Of a stretch of 64,000 nt of DNA, positions 40,309-52,900 are shown piece after piece. How positions within the stretch are numbered: position 1 is the first letter of the stretch; the number at the start of each line of letters is the position of its first letter. Origin of the DNA: Antedon mediterranea (Eukaryota; Animalia; Echinodermata); assembly GCF_964355755.1 (NCBI RefSeq), contig NC_092670.1, positions 34,088,388 through 34,152,387 on the forward strand. Reading direction: 5' to 3'. The translations under genes and the position numbers were made by a program. Below the pieces are notes generated by a model. It saw only the letters and a list, made by a program, of their open reading frames with translations, searched no databases and was not told the DNA's origin.

Positions 40309-40487
40309 CAATTAAAGATTACGTAAAACGTTTGTAATCATCAATAATACAATCTGCAGCTTCAAGTCTACAAAGGTTTACTTGCCATCGAACGCGACAT
40401 TTGTTTGCAGTCGATCTGTTCAAAATTAGCAAAGTGCTAACTGACTACGGAATTTGTAATATAAGGTGTGGAAGTCTTGCGTGCCAA

Positions 40488-40710
40488 GGTGGACACCGCA
40501 GCAGATTACGCAATGACGATCATTTTGAGTTTGGTGGACACGCAACAGATTACGCAATGACGATCATGTTGAGTTTGGTGGACACGCAACAGATTACGCA
40601 ATGACGATTATGTTGGGTTTGGTGGACACGCAACAGAATACGCAATGACGAACATGTTGAGTTTGGTGGACACGCAACAGATTACGCAATGACGCTCATG
40701 TTGAGTTTGT
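40488..40710. repeat. 44-bp tandem repeat x5 in the putative 3' UTR
   Basis: GGTGGACACGCAACAGATTACGCAATGACGATCATGTTGAGTTT at 40488, 40533, 40577, 40621, 40665. Confidence 0.9.
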
Positions 40711-41070
40711 GTTAATCTTTGAAATGTAGGACTGCAATCAAGTTTTGTACAGAAGTTAATAATGATTTGCTCGAAAACCTTACAGAATCATGAACCTGCT
40801 GGAACCACGTATAACGTTTATGTTTTGTTGTATACGTTTGTATTATTAGATCTTGCTATAAGAAATGTGGAACTTTATATAGCATTTTATTATTTATTAG
40901 AAGAGTTTATAGAGAAAGAAATTCCTTTTGTTTGTCCGTCCATTTGAGAAAATATTGTAATAAGTTATACACATGTTAGAGTTTTGAAAATCAACGCCTT
41001 GTAATCAGAAATAGAAAAAACTTTTTAAATAATTTTAACAAGAATAATTTATGTTTTGTAGTGTTTTATG

Positions 41071-41076
41071 AATAAA
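41071..41076 (+). terminator. Candidate poly(A) signal of the plus-strand gene
   Basis: AATAAA about 760 nt after the stop, in an AT-rich 3' region with T/GT-rich sequence downstream. Confidence 0.35.
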
Positions 41077-41168
41077 TTTAAAGCAATTTTAAAACTTAAA
41101 AAAGAATGTATTTTGTGAAAGAGTTATTACGTATTTATCGTAACACACCCACATGCATTGCGTACTTA

Positions 41169-41480
41169 AGCGTGGTTCCCACTAGTGACGCAACACAAGG
41201 ACGTAACGCAACGCAAGTGAATTGACCAATCACAAGCGATGGCTTATTCGCTTGTGATTGCTAAAGCTTGGTTCCCACTAGCGACGCAACGCAAGGACGT
41301 AACGCAACGCAAGTGAATTGACCAATCACAAGCGATGGCTTATTCGCTTGTGATTGCTAACTGTCTATAACTTCGCTTGTCATTGGTTAAAACGCAAGCG
41401 AATAAGCCATCGCTTGTGATTGGTCAATTCACTTGCGTTACGTTACGTCCTTGCGTTGCGTCGCTAGTGGGAACCACGCT
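41169..41480. mobile_element. Harbinger-like MITE with duplicated left arm
   Basis: TTA|AGCGTGGTTCCCACTAG...CTAGTGGGAACCACGCT|TTA; a second left TIR starts at about 41265 after an internal TAA. Confidence 0.85.
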
Positions 41481-42847
41481 TTAATAACAACCTATATTTT
41501 AGGTTTCTGAATCTACAGGGCGCCGGTCGGGACATTGTTAATGATGCCAATGTCCCGAATGAGGATATAACATTGCATGCTATTTGTATGACAATATGCT
41601 AGGCCTTATAACTACAGCATTGTTTTCTATTGATATTAAAATTTCAGAAAATATAAAAATATCAATAACAGCACCATAGGATGTTATAATATCTTCAGAC
41701 ATAAATCTAAGGTTTTATATAATTTAACAAAAGTATTTGTATAATATATGCATAGAGGATCAATATGGTGGGCCTGGCCTATAGCAATAACTAAACTGTA
41801 TCCAGATGCAATTGCTAACAGAAGAGGTAACCATAGGCCTAAGCCTACTAGAAATAGTAATTAAAGACACAATAAATAATATTTGACAACAGAAATTGGA
41901 AACTTAGATAAATAAAAAAAACTAAGCAATATCAAAGTAAAATATATAGTTTTTCGGAAATAGTTTTGGGGGAATATAGTTAGGAGGATAAAGGAAAATT
42001 TAGTCTAGTTGAGAAAAAAAAGCATCAATACACAAATAAATCAGTTCCATTTAAATTTTAAATATTTGGGACACTAAAAACTCAATTGAATGTCGACTTC
42101 TGCTTAGGCCTTTTTAAGTACAGTTTCTTAGGGAAGGATTGTTTATCCAATCTATTCAATAAATTGTCTAAGCAGTATAATGAATAAATTATTTTGAACA
42201 CTATAATTTGTATATATCTTTGTTGTTCAGCAAACGTGTGTTATAAACGGTATCATAATGTGTTAACGATAGCTATTGGCCATGAAGTAGCGTAGTCTGA
42301 ACTGGGCGGTGGATTAACGTAAACCAGCATTTACGCTTCGCCGACGACAGACACATGTGATGCCTAAATGATTCGATAAAGTTTGATCAGAATACAACTT
42401 CCTTGTTTGGTAGTGTAGACAGAGCTTAGGAATGTGTCTGAACTTGGACTAAAGCCCTGTCTACACTATCAAACTTTATATGCCAAAAAAAGTGATATTC
42501 CCATAATATGGACATCATGATGATGTCATATCACTACCATATTTAAGCATATCACTACTATATTTGGTAATTGTGTAGACAGACCTTTAGATTAGAAACT
42601 GAAAACCATGATCCAATACTCCTATATCTCTTCAATTAATTCATGTTAAATGGAACGGTTGCGTGTTTCAGTAAACACAAAGATAATTCTAAAGATTTCA
42701 AAGCAAAAATACTCCCAATCATAATGTAAATATATTAAAAAATAAAAAGATAACACTCGCATTTGGCTCATCGACCTTAGACGTTTGGTCTTGCATGTTG
42801 CCATCAAGCAAATACGTACAGCCGCAACGTAGAGACATGAGGCTCAT

Positions 42848-43001
42848 GGGTTTAGCCAGTGAGCGCTCATAGCCGTTACGCCACTGACCGCCTTGCGTCT
42901 TATTATCGTCTGCGTGCTCTAAGTCAATTTGCATACATATTTACTTTTCCTCCTATACTCGCCAGTGGCGTAACGGCTATGAGCGCTCACTGGCTAAACC
43001 C
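42848..43001. repeat. Perfect 39-bp inverted repeat of hAT-like ends facing outward
   Basis: GGGTTTAGCC...TTACGCCACTG (42848-42886) and CAGTGGCGTAA...GGCTAAACCC (42963-43001). Confidence 0.8.
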
Positions 43002-43960
43002 AGAGGCCCCTGAGCAGTGTCCAGAGGAAAAACAAGCATTACAAGAAGTCGAAAAAGGCTAAAAACACTCGCCACTTGGGGGTTCCTAAGCCAGGGGCCT
43101 CAAGTGTCTGTCATAAGTAAACAATGTCCATTCCCAAATTATTAAGGAAAAAGCAGTAAAAACAATTAATATAATTAGAATTTAAATTGCCGGTCAGAGA
43201 ATGTAACAGTTTTTTTGAAAAAGTGAAATCATAGGTTTGTTCGGTCATTTTATCATGGAAGTGAATAACTTTATTAAAACTCCAAAATCTTAATTTTTAT
43301 GTTTTGCTGGTGTACAATACATCTTTAAACAAACTTTAAAATTACATTTGAAGTTAAAGTTGCAAAAAATGCAAATACAAAATAAGGAAATGTGTAAACA
43401 TACAAATGTAAAAAAAACAATATGGTTCAATATATGTTAATAAATTTAACAATATTTGGGGCGGATTCAGAAATTAGAAATAAAGAAGAAGTATAAATAG
43501 AATATATTTTTTAATAATTAAAATATAATTTAATAATAATAATAATTTAATTTTTTTTAATTCTTAACATTTACACGGTGTATATCAACGTGCAAACTAC
43601 GCACAGACACGTGTCTATGACACTTTAAATTAGCTTTAAAACACAATAACACAACCTTGATGAAATAGTCAGATTTCTCAGTAAAAACAGCAACGTAAGT
43701 TATATTGTTCACGTAAAACAAAACACAGTTTAAATGTCTTAATTTTTCAACTTATTTCAATCAAATATATTTCTGTTAGTTAAATATAATTTTAGTCAAA
43801 ATACTTCAATTAAATGTTTTTACTAATTGGTAATCTTCTAAACAATGTATACAATTAGGTATTGGAATTTCCAAAACAATAGTTTTCAACAAATTATCAT
43901 TATAAATCTTAGTCTTGTCATTTAACGTTGTTTGACTGCTGTCTAAAAGATGTAGTGTCT

Positions 43961-43989
43961 TCAATTTTCCATACTTATTGGATTTTCAC
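43961..43989 (-). CDS. Terminal coding exon of the EGF-array gene ((C)ENPISMEN*)
   Basis: cttttctttatctag|GT GAA AAT CCA ATA AGT ATG GAA AAT TGA. The leading GT completes the split Cys codon of the previous exon. Confidence 0.75.
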
Positions 43990-46900
43990 CTAGATAAAGA
44001 AAAGAGACTTTTATTATTTCATTTATCTAAAAAAAGGTATTAAAAGACATCTAATTTTAAGACTTCATTTCGACGAAGCTGTTATGTAATAATGTGATTG
44101 TCAATAATGATGAGACACTCAAATATTTAAAGCTTTTGGGTGTGGTGCCTTTTCTGTTACTGTTAATATTGGATGGTGGTCAAATAAGTCTGGAAATAGA
44201 CTATACGAAGTAACCAGTTAGTTTATATTTTTTTTTGGAAATAAATTTATTAAATTGAATCCCAAACTTGGGTTACACAATGTGACCCAGTTGATATTTG
44301 GTCTTTAATATCCTTTTATTAATCACTGCCAAACTTACAATTCACTCCATCATAGTTCCCTTGGCAATAGCACACATAGGACACAAAATCGTCTCCAAAG
44401 GTACAAAATCCGTCATTTTGACATGGCTCTGATGCACATGGGTCGAAGTAGCTGCTGCTGCTGGTATCAACATCGGAAAATTCTGAAGTATAAAAAGTAT
44501 AATGTAATATACTGCACTTACTTGGTCACCTTGTCACCTGTTCTGTAAATACTGTAGTCTTACAGAGGAATATTGAAACCCCATGGCTCATGAAAACGTA
44601 AGTTCTAGGATACTGCATATTCTTGCATACTCTAGTCAACATATTTACCATACACCACTTATGGCCAATTTATAAATACCTATTGACTTAAGTGAAATAC
44701 TTAATATTTAAGAGAAAAGTTGTATCTCACTTAAGTGTCATATGTAAATATGTCACTGGCCCGCAGAAACATTATTTCGATTTCAACGTGAGATCGTGGG
44801 TTCAAATCCAACGCTAATCATATTGCTTGTATCCTTAGGCAAGACAATTTACTTATATTTTCCTCCCTCCACCCAGGTGTACAAACGTGTACCTGGTAAG
44901 ATCAAGACACAACTTTGCGCTGATTATGGGGGAATGTTTCCATAAGTGTTTGATCTAAAAATAACCTGGGTAATAATACTGTATGTACACCATTTAGTGG
45001 TTTCACAACATTTTTAAATCCAGAATATTATTATGATTATTATTATCCTTACCTTGACAACGATCTCCAATGAATCCTTCAATGCACGTACACTGATAAC
45101 TCACTGATTGTCCATCAGTAACAGAGTTACATGTTCCACCGTTAAAACAAGGATTTGACAGACATGGGCTCTGCAATTGACCTAAAATATAAGCATACAT
45201 GAAATTTGTCTAATTTTTATCCAGTTGGTGTTGATTGGATAGGATTTGGGCTGTTCAAGAAGAATTCGACCTGTTCACCATTCCCAGAAGTAGAAAGACT
45301 CTTAATAAAATAGAGTAGTATCCTATCCTAACTTATATACTGTATAAATATCAATGCATACACCAAGAATCTTTCATTACATTATAATAAGGGTGTTTAA
45401 CCGAAATAATGTATACCAAAGGCTTTATGAAATAATGGAATCAAATGACAGTAGTGAGATTATGTGTTTGTTGGAATAAAGATTATTTATTGTTTGAAGG
45501 TTTGCGTGGCGAAACCAAATGTTGTCAAAGCATATTGATCGAAACGTCGAGAAACTCAATCAGTTCTTTTCAGAACTAATACATGTGGTGTACCGCAAAC
45601 TTTATATCAACATATAAAGATTATTATTTAAAGAAAAAAAAGAGATGATAACTTTAAATTATCGACGTTATCGTGGACAAAAATCTAACATACAAACATA
45701 TAAAGCAAGCATTTTTGTACAATAATTTGCAGGATAACAACACACAGGATAAAATTCAAAACTATTGAATGTTAATCTAATCGGCTATACTTACAATGAT
45801 GGCCATAGTAATCATTGGCACAGTTGCATACGTAACTGTTTAATTGACTAAGCTGACATTCTCCGCCATTTTGGCAAGGTCCTGATGAACACGGATCAAC
45901 CACTAACAAAAACAGAATATTGATAAATGGTGATATTGAAAAATTACTTTCTACTCTTATTCACAAAATAAGTGCTACAGAACTGTAAGGTCGCCATCTA
46001 GTACTACTTTAAAATGTCACATCCAGAATATGTATATGTTACATCAATTAAAACTAGATTTGAACTCATCACTATGGATTATGGACGTCACTATAAAAAA
46101 TGCGCCTGAATTGTAAAATTCGAATTGCTCGTATGACATGATTTTAAGCCGAAATTGTTTAAAAGTTAGCAAAATTACTAGAAAAGGCTGGAAAAACATA
46201 ATTCACTGTGCGTGTAAATATTTGCGCACATGGACATTTTTACATGCTTTAAATGACATGAAACATGTAGAAAATTGATTAGAAATTGATTTGTTGCACT
46301 TCAAAATTTTTAACGTACATACGCGCGTAACTTTGTGTGAAACATGACAATTTTTTCTACAGAAAGTTGGAGCATGATATAAATGACACTTTTACTAAGT
46401 TTCAATTTAAATTGTTATATGTTAAATACGCCAAATTCATAAAATCACGCGTAACTTACGCTGAGTGACTCTAAAGTCATAAAACAAAGTTTCCTGCACA
46501 TCTACAGTTAGGTCAATCTTCTGACAAAGTTTGTTGACAAGAATTAGAGATACACATGCCACAAAATTCGGGGAAAGAGGAATGAAAGAGAATAAAAAAA
46601 TATTCTGACAATAACAAGGTGTTATCCGCAAAGGGCGGATATCCAATAATACATACCTATTACGTCTTCACAATAGTTTCCTGTATAGCCTACTAAACAC
46701 TCGCATTCAAACACTGCAGTGGGGTCTTGTCCAGGTGGCTCAAGAATACTTGAGGTGCAAATTCCTCCATTCTTACAAGTAGTTTGTGAGCAAGGGTCCA
46801 TTATCTCGCCTAATGTAAATAGACAATTAAGATCTTGTCATCTCAATTATAGTATATAAATAACTAAATATAACTATGCAAATAATAACAAATACAAAGA

Positions 46901-49900
46901 ACCATATACAAGTGATTAAATTAGCATTTAAATAAAACACAATTATATGATTGTTTAAGATATAAAGTCTAGGACCAGTGTTACAAGGGGATAACCACCT
47001 ATCTGATAGGACAGTCAATTCACTGGTAATTCTTGGCCACATTGCCTAAATACATACAATTTTTAAAAAAATAAAATACAAGGGTGTTCATTTTAAGACT
47101 GGGTTGAGTGAGTGGCAATTGATATTGATCTGTTTGTCTTGTTTGATGAATGTGATTTTTTTGTGTATCCTGACTTAACTTTAGGCCCCTGTGGCTAGCT
47201 GTATTCATCATTCACACTTAGAAACACCCGAAAAATCTATCTATTGTGAATACAATTTAGGGGGAAATACTTATATATTTATTGAGTTGAGTGAAATACC
47301 TAATATTTAAGGGTAATATCTCACTTAAGTGTGAATGGTGAATACATTCTACTTTGTCTGAAAAAAAAAGATGTTATGTTAAAAAAAATAGATAAAAAAA
47401 AGTGACTTACAATTATCTCCCAAATATTCGTTTGTACATCGACATTCATATATTATTGAATCAATTTTATCGCAAATTCCATTATTTAGACATGGTTGAG
47501 AGGAACAAGGGTCCACGGCTTAGGAAAAGAAAACAATTAGAAAACATAAATGGTTGTTTGCATATGGTAACACTTTTTAGTATTTAATAATAATTTTGAA
47601 GGCAAAAACATACCCTTTTCACAATAATCTCCAGTATATTCTTGTGTACAATCGCATACAAACCCTGAAGCTTGTCCAGCGACTACATTGCAGGCAGCTC
47701 CATTCTCACAAGGAGATGGTAAACATGGGTTATCTATTTCACCTGAGATAATTTTATAAAAATAACAAGTTTTAAAACACAATCAAAATGTACAGTATAC
47801 TATAAAGCTGAAAATCATGTCTAAAAACAATTATTATTCCAATTATATCGATGAAAAAAGTCAAACTATATGGAATTACTTACAATTGTCTCCCAAATAC
47901 CCTTCAGTACAATCACACTCATACGTTAATGAATCAATTTTATTACAAAGTCCATTATTTTGACATGGTTGAGGTGAACATGGATCCAACTCTTAAGAAA
48001 AGAAAATCATAATAGAACATAAATAATTGTTTGACCTTGAAAGATCTCAAATCTGTTCCGTCAAATCCTACATTAGTTGGTTATTTGGCCGCTTTTGTTA
48101 ATATCCAATTTACAGCAGGTGGAATGTTTGTAATTATTACTACTATATATGATGTGGAAAAAATGGTATAATGCTGATGATAATATAGAATTAATAATAT
48201 AATATTATTTTCAATTTATATAGTGCCATTCCAACAAGCATTGCTCATCGCGCTGAGATGTTACACTTTTCATTTCAACTACATGTTTCTTCCCTAAGGG
48301 TCACGTCATGTCAGTGCTGCCAATACATTTGTCTGTTGTGTGAGCTAGAACACTGGGGTAACCCTCTACTCGTCTAAAAAGACGTACTAGCTTATTTGTG
48401 TACACTAGACCTACGGTTTAGTCTCCTTATGGCTATGATTACGGTTTCACTGTCTTAACCGTTCGACCACTCACTCATGACATACAACTAAACCTTGTTA
48501 TTTTCGACCAAGATCAGAGTGATTCTGCTGTCAGTAAACGTGTATATCTATAATTTTATCAATTTGATGTAAATGATTACATAAGATGCAACTATGAAAT
48601 ACTGCATACTACGTCAGACCATGTACCTTTATCACAAAATTCCCCCTCATAGTCTTCAGTACATTCACATACAAACTCTATAGGTGATTGTTGTCCAGGG
48701 CCTGTGGTGCAGACAGCTCCATTTTGACAAGGATATGATGAACATGGGTTCCTTATTCCACCTGAAATAAAGGAGAAAAAATAATATATTATAATGTAAG
48801 TGAAATTTATGACCTAAAACATGTTTTAAAGATGTATTGTCCCCCAAAGACATGAAAAATGAAGACTTAATTAAATCAGACTACGAATATGTTATTTTGT
48901 AGTTTTAATAAAGTTAATCACTTCCATAGAAAAAAAATAAATAAATAGTTAAATTCAACCAAAAATCCATTGACTGGCAGCCAATTTGACCATTTTTTGC
49001 TTTAAATTACATTTTTTCAGGTTAATATATTTTTTTTCCATCCAATTTTTGGTCAAAGTGGATTATGTTACATTAACTTGGAATATTCAACAAAAATTTG
49101 TTTACAAATTAGTTTTTTCAGGGGGACAATACATCTTTAATCTAATTGCTGAAGAAGAAGAATATTTGAAAATAAAATTCACCTGTGATAAAATAACATA
49201 AAAGATTTTGTATTGAAAATAGCTTTAATTTTTTAAAAACAATATAAATTTAAAAAAAACAAACTTACAGTTGTCTCCTAAGTAACCCTCACTACATTTA
49301 CATGTATAAGTTGTTGAATCAATCATAACACATTCTCCAGCATTCAGACACGGTTGTGATTTACAAGGATCCACAACTATACCACAACAAAGAATATTAT
49401 AAATAAAAGCAAATGTGTAAGTATAGATTATAAATAATATTAAGTAAACGACAATAGCAAAAACCCGGCCAGATCGAGAATCGTACGTACCGTCATCACA
49501 ATTTTCGCCCTCATAGTCTTTAGTACATTCACATACAAACTCTAGGGCTTCTTGTTGTTCTACAGAGAATGAGTTGCAGGTTCCTCCATTATTACAGGGA
49601 GATGATGAACATGGCTCAAATACCTGACCTGGTTTAAACAAGAATAAAATGTATTAACAAAATTCACTGAGATATTCTGATACTCTGAGATATTCTGAAG
49701 TAAAGGCCCTCTCAAGGCGTGACAGTGCCTGCTATTATAAATTAACTTACAAAAGCTTCCAAAATACGCTTCAGTACAACTACATGCATAACTTGAGAAA
49801 TCAATCATATGACATTCTCCACCATTCAGACACGGTTGTGATTTACAAGGATCCACAACTAAACATAAAACACAATAAAAAGTAAATAAAATAAGTGTGT

Positions 49901-52900
49901 TTGAAAAAAATGGCTGTGGTCATGTTACAAATTGTGAGTTAAAGATATATTGTCCCCCTAAAAAAATATTTTTTTAAATTTTTTTATGTTATTTTAATGT
50001 CACATAATAGTTATTATTGGGTCTCAAAAAAATTTATTTACCTGAGAAAAATGTAATTTAAAGCAAAAAATGGTCAAATTGTCTGGAAGACAATGAGTTT
50101 TTGGGTAATTTAACTGTTTATTTTGTCTTTTTATAGGTGAAATAATTTTTCCCCCATTTTTTTTCTTATGGAAGTGAACAACTTCATTAAAACTGCAAAA
50201 TGGCCTATTCAAAGTCCGATTTTAAAAATCTTTATTTTTCATGATTTTGGGGGACAATACATCTTTAAGAGTTTTCAAAACAATATATACTATCTGTTAA
50301 CATAGTACTCCTAAAAAGTAGTAAAGCTCTTTGCTATTTTTCTTCTGACTGTGTGTGTATAAATATGTATATATACAGTATATATGTTATATAAATCCAA
50401 AGGCAAATTACTGAAAATAATGACAATGCTGTGGGTATCAGTGGCTGGATCTCAATGGAGATACAAAATAACCTAAGCAAAAAGCTAAATAAACGATAAA
50501 GTAAAATAGCCAGAAAAATTAGCAGAGCTTTCAGGCAAAACTAGCCCGTCTGAATGTTTATATTCGTGCAATAGTACAAATAATGGCATTTGGTGAATGA
50601 TGAAAGGTTATATATCAACTCGGCTGTCACCTCATTGAAATATAACCTTTCATCATTTACCTCATGCCAATATTTGTACCATTACACTCAAAAACATTCA
50701 TTATTTGAATAATATACAATATAAATAGTTGAGTAACAAACTCTGAACAGTCTAGCGATAGTGCTGTCAATGGTAAGAAAATTGAAAGTGAGCCAGAGTG
50801 AAAAGACAGCCATACTCAAAATAGGTCTGTAAAACCATACCTTCATCACAATAGTCTCCTGTGTACTCATCTGTGCAAAAACACACAGCCTCTGGTGGTG
50901 ATTGTCCAGGGCGAGTGGTGCAGCTACCTTGATTTTGACAAGGAGATGGTGAACACGGGTCCAACATCTCACCTTAATAATATATATATATATAAACAAA
51001 TTAAATTCACCATGTCTGAAAACTAAATACCAAATGAGAAACAACAAGAACATAATCAATTAATTAGACATCCATCCCCAAAAAAAATAACAATACTCAC
51101 AGATAAATAATTAAAAACATTTAAGTACTTTAGGTTAACTATCTGCAAAAATGTTCAAAACCACTAAAAATGGACAAAAAGTGTTTACGAAATAGTACAT
51201 ACATACATAGTACACAAGAAATGACAAGACACTATTATGACTTCATTTATTAATCATGAAAATGTGTAAATATAATATCACCAGTAGATATCATTTTTCT
51301 GCTTGGTAGAACTAATTCCAAATGATACATGATATGTAATAACCCTATATTGCAAGAATACAATCAAGTGCATTATAATATAAAAATATAAATATATATA
51401 AACTATGATACATTATTGTAAACAAATCTCCTAAACCTAAAATATTTTTTATTCTTTTGTGATAATAACAACTATACAGAAGAATGTCATAGTAAAGCTC
51501 CGCTTCATAGGATGGAAGAAGTCACCAGAAAGAAATACCAAATTCAGCTAATGCACTGTAAATTCATTCTTTCTTCTCATTGTCTTTCTGCAACCATTAT
51601 TGGATTTATACCTCTTATATAACATAATTGATACTTACATTTGTCACCTAAATAACCTTCAGTACAATGACACATGTACGTAGAAAGATCAATCATGTCA
51701 CATTGACCGTTATTTTGACATGGTTGTGATGAACAGGGATCAACAACTGAAAAAGAAAATGCAATATTGAACTCGTTTAATAAAAGGTTTTGTTTCACTA
51801 GGGACTCCGAAAACGTGTAAACATTGTGATCATCGTTGGCATTGTGATTCATTTCGATAGTTCAAAATTTGACATTGTTTCTTTTTTTTATTTCATATGC
51901 ATCCAACAGCGAGTAACTCGCCAATTACAGGATGGATACATTATTTTATAATTTATCATGTTTATAAATTAAGTCTCATTTGAGATTTGGGGAGCGAAGT
52001 TCAAGAGTCGTGAGTTACAACCCCGGCACTAGGTCAGGATTGAACCCTGGCACTACAGTAGGTCAGGATTGGACCCTGGCACTAGGTCAGGATTGGACCC
52101 TGGACCTCGGGATTGGAAAGCAAGCATGTTAACCACCAAGCTACAGCTCCACTACAATTGGGTACATCCCTTTGTCTATATATCAATGCTTAAGGATTTT
52201 AGCCTTCTTCAAAACTGTAACGTACCATCTTCACAGAACGTCCCGGTATATTCTTCTGTACACTCACAAATAGCCTCTAAGATTGATTGTTGTCCAGGGC
52301 CTGTGGTGCAGGCAGCTCCATTTTTACATGGAGATGGTGAACATGGGTTCCTTAATTCACCTTAAGTAAGAAATTGGAAAAGAAATAAAATACAATCACA
52401 ACAATACAATTAAATTTATGCTAATAGAGAATGTCAGAAGGTTTAATAAATAGATGGTTGCATACAGTATTTAAGAAATTGTATAAAGCTCTGTCTCCAC
52501 TACCAAACTAGTTTAACAAAAAAAAGTGTGATGTACCCAAATATGGTAGTGATACGCCCAAATATGTTAGTCTTCTGACATCACCGTGTCAATTAAAATT
52601 GTTAAAATTAAGAATAAAAAAAGCATACTTACAATCGCTTCCCAAATACTCTTCAGTACAACTACATGTATAAGTTGAGAAATCAATCATATTACATTCT
52701 CCACCATTCAGGCATGGTTGTGATTTACAAGGATCAACAACTAAAAAGAACAATTTATGAGATGTCATACAATAATCTGAAGTATTCTGCATTAGAAAAA
52801 GCAACTAGAACTAATATTGGTAAAGTAAACAGTATCTCATTTTTTTAAAGCAATACAGTACTTAAGGACATAATTAAAGATATTAATATGCAAAAACATG

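Noticed and set aside
29440-40710. CRISPR-like appearance of the 48-, 41- and 44-bp repeats
   Set aside because: Head-to-tail repeats with no unique spacers, no cas genes, and a eukaryotic context.
48215-48480. Possible Meta/Deu-type SINE body on the minus strand
   Set aside because: Too degenerate to classify by eye.
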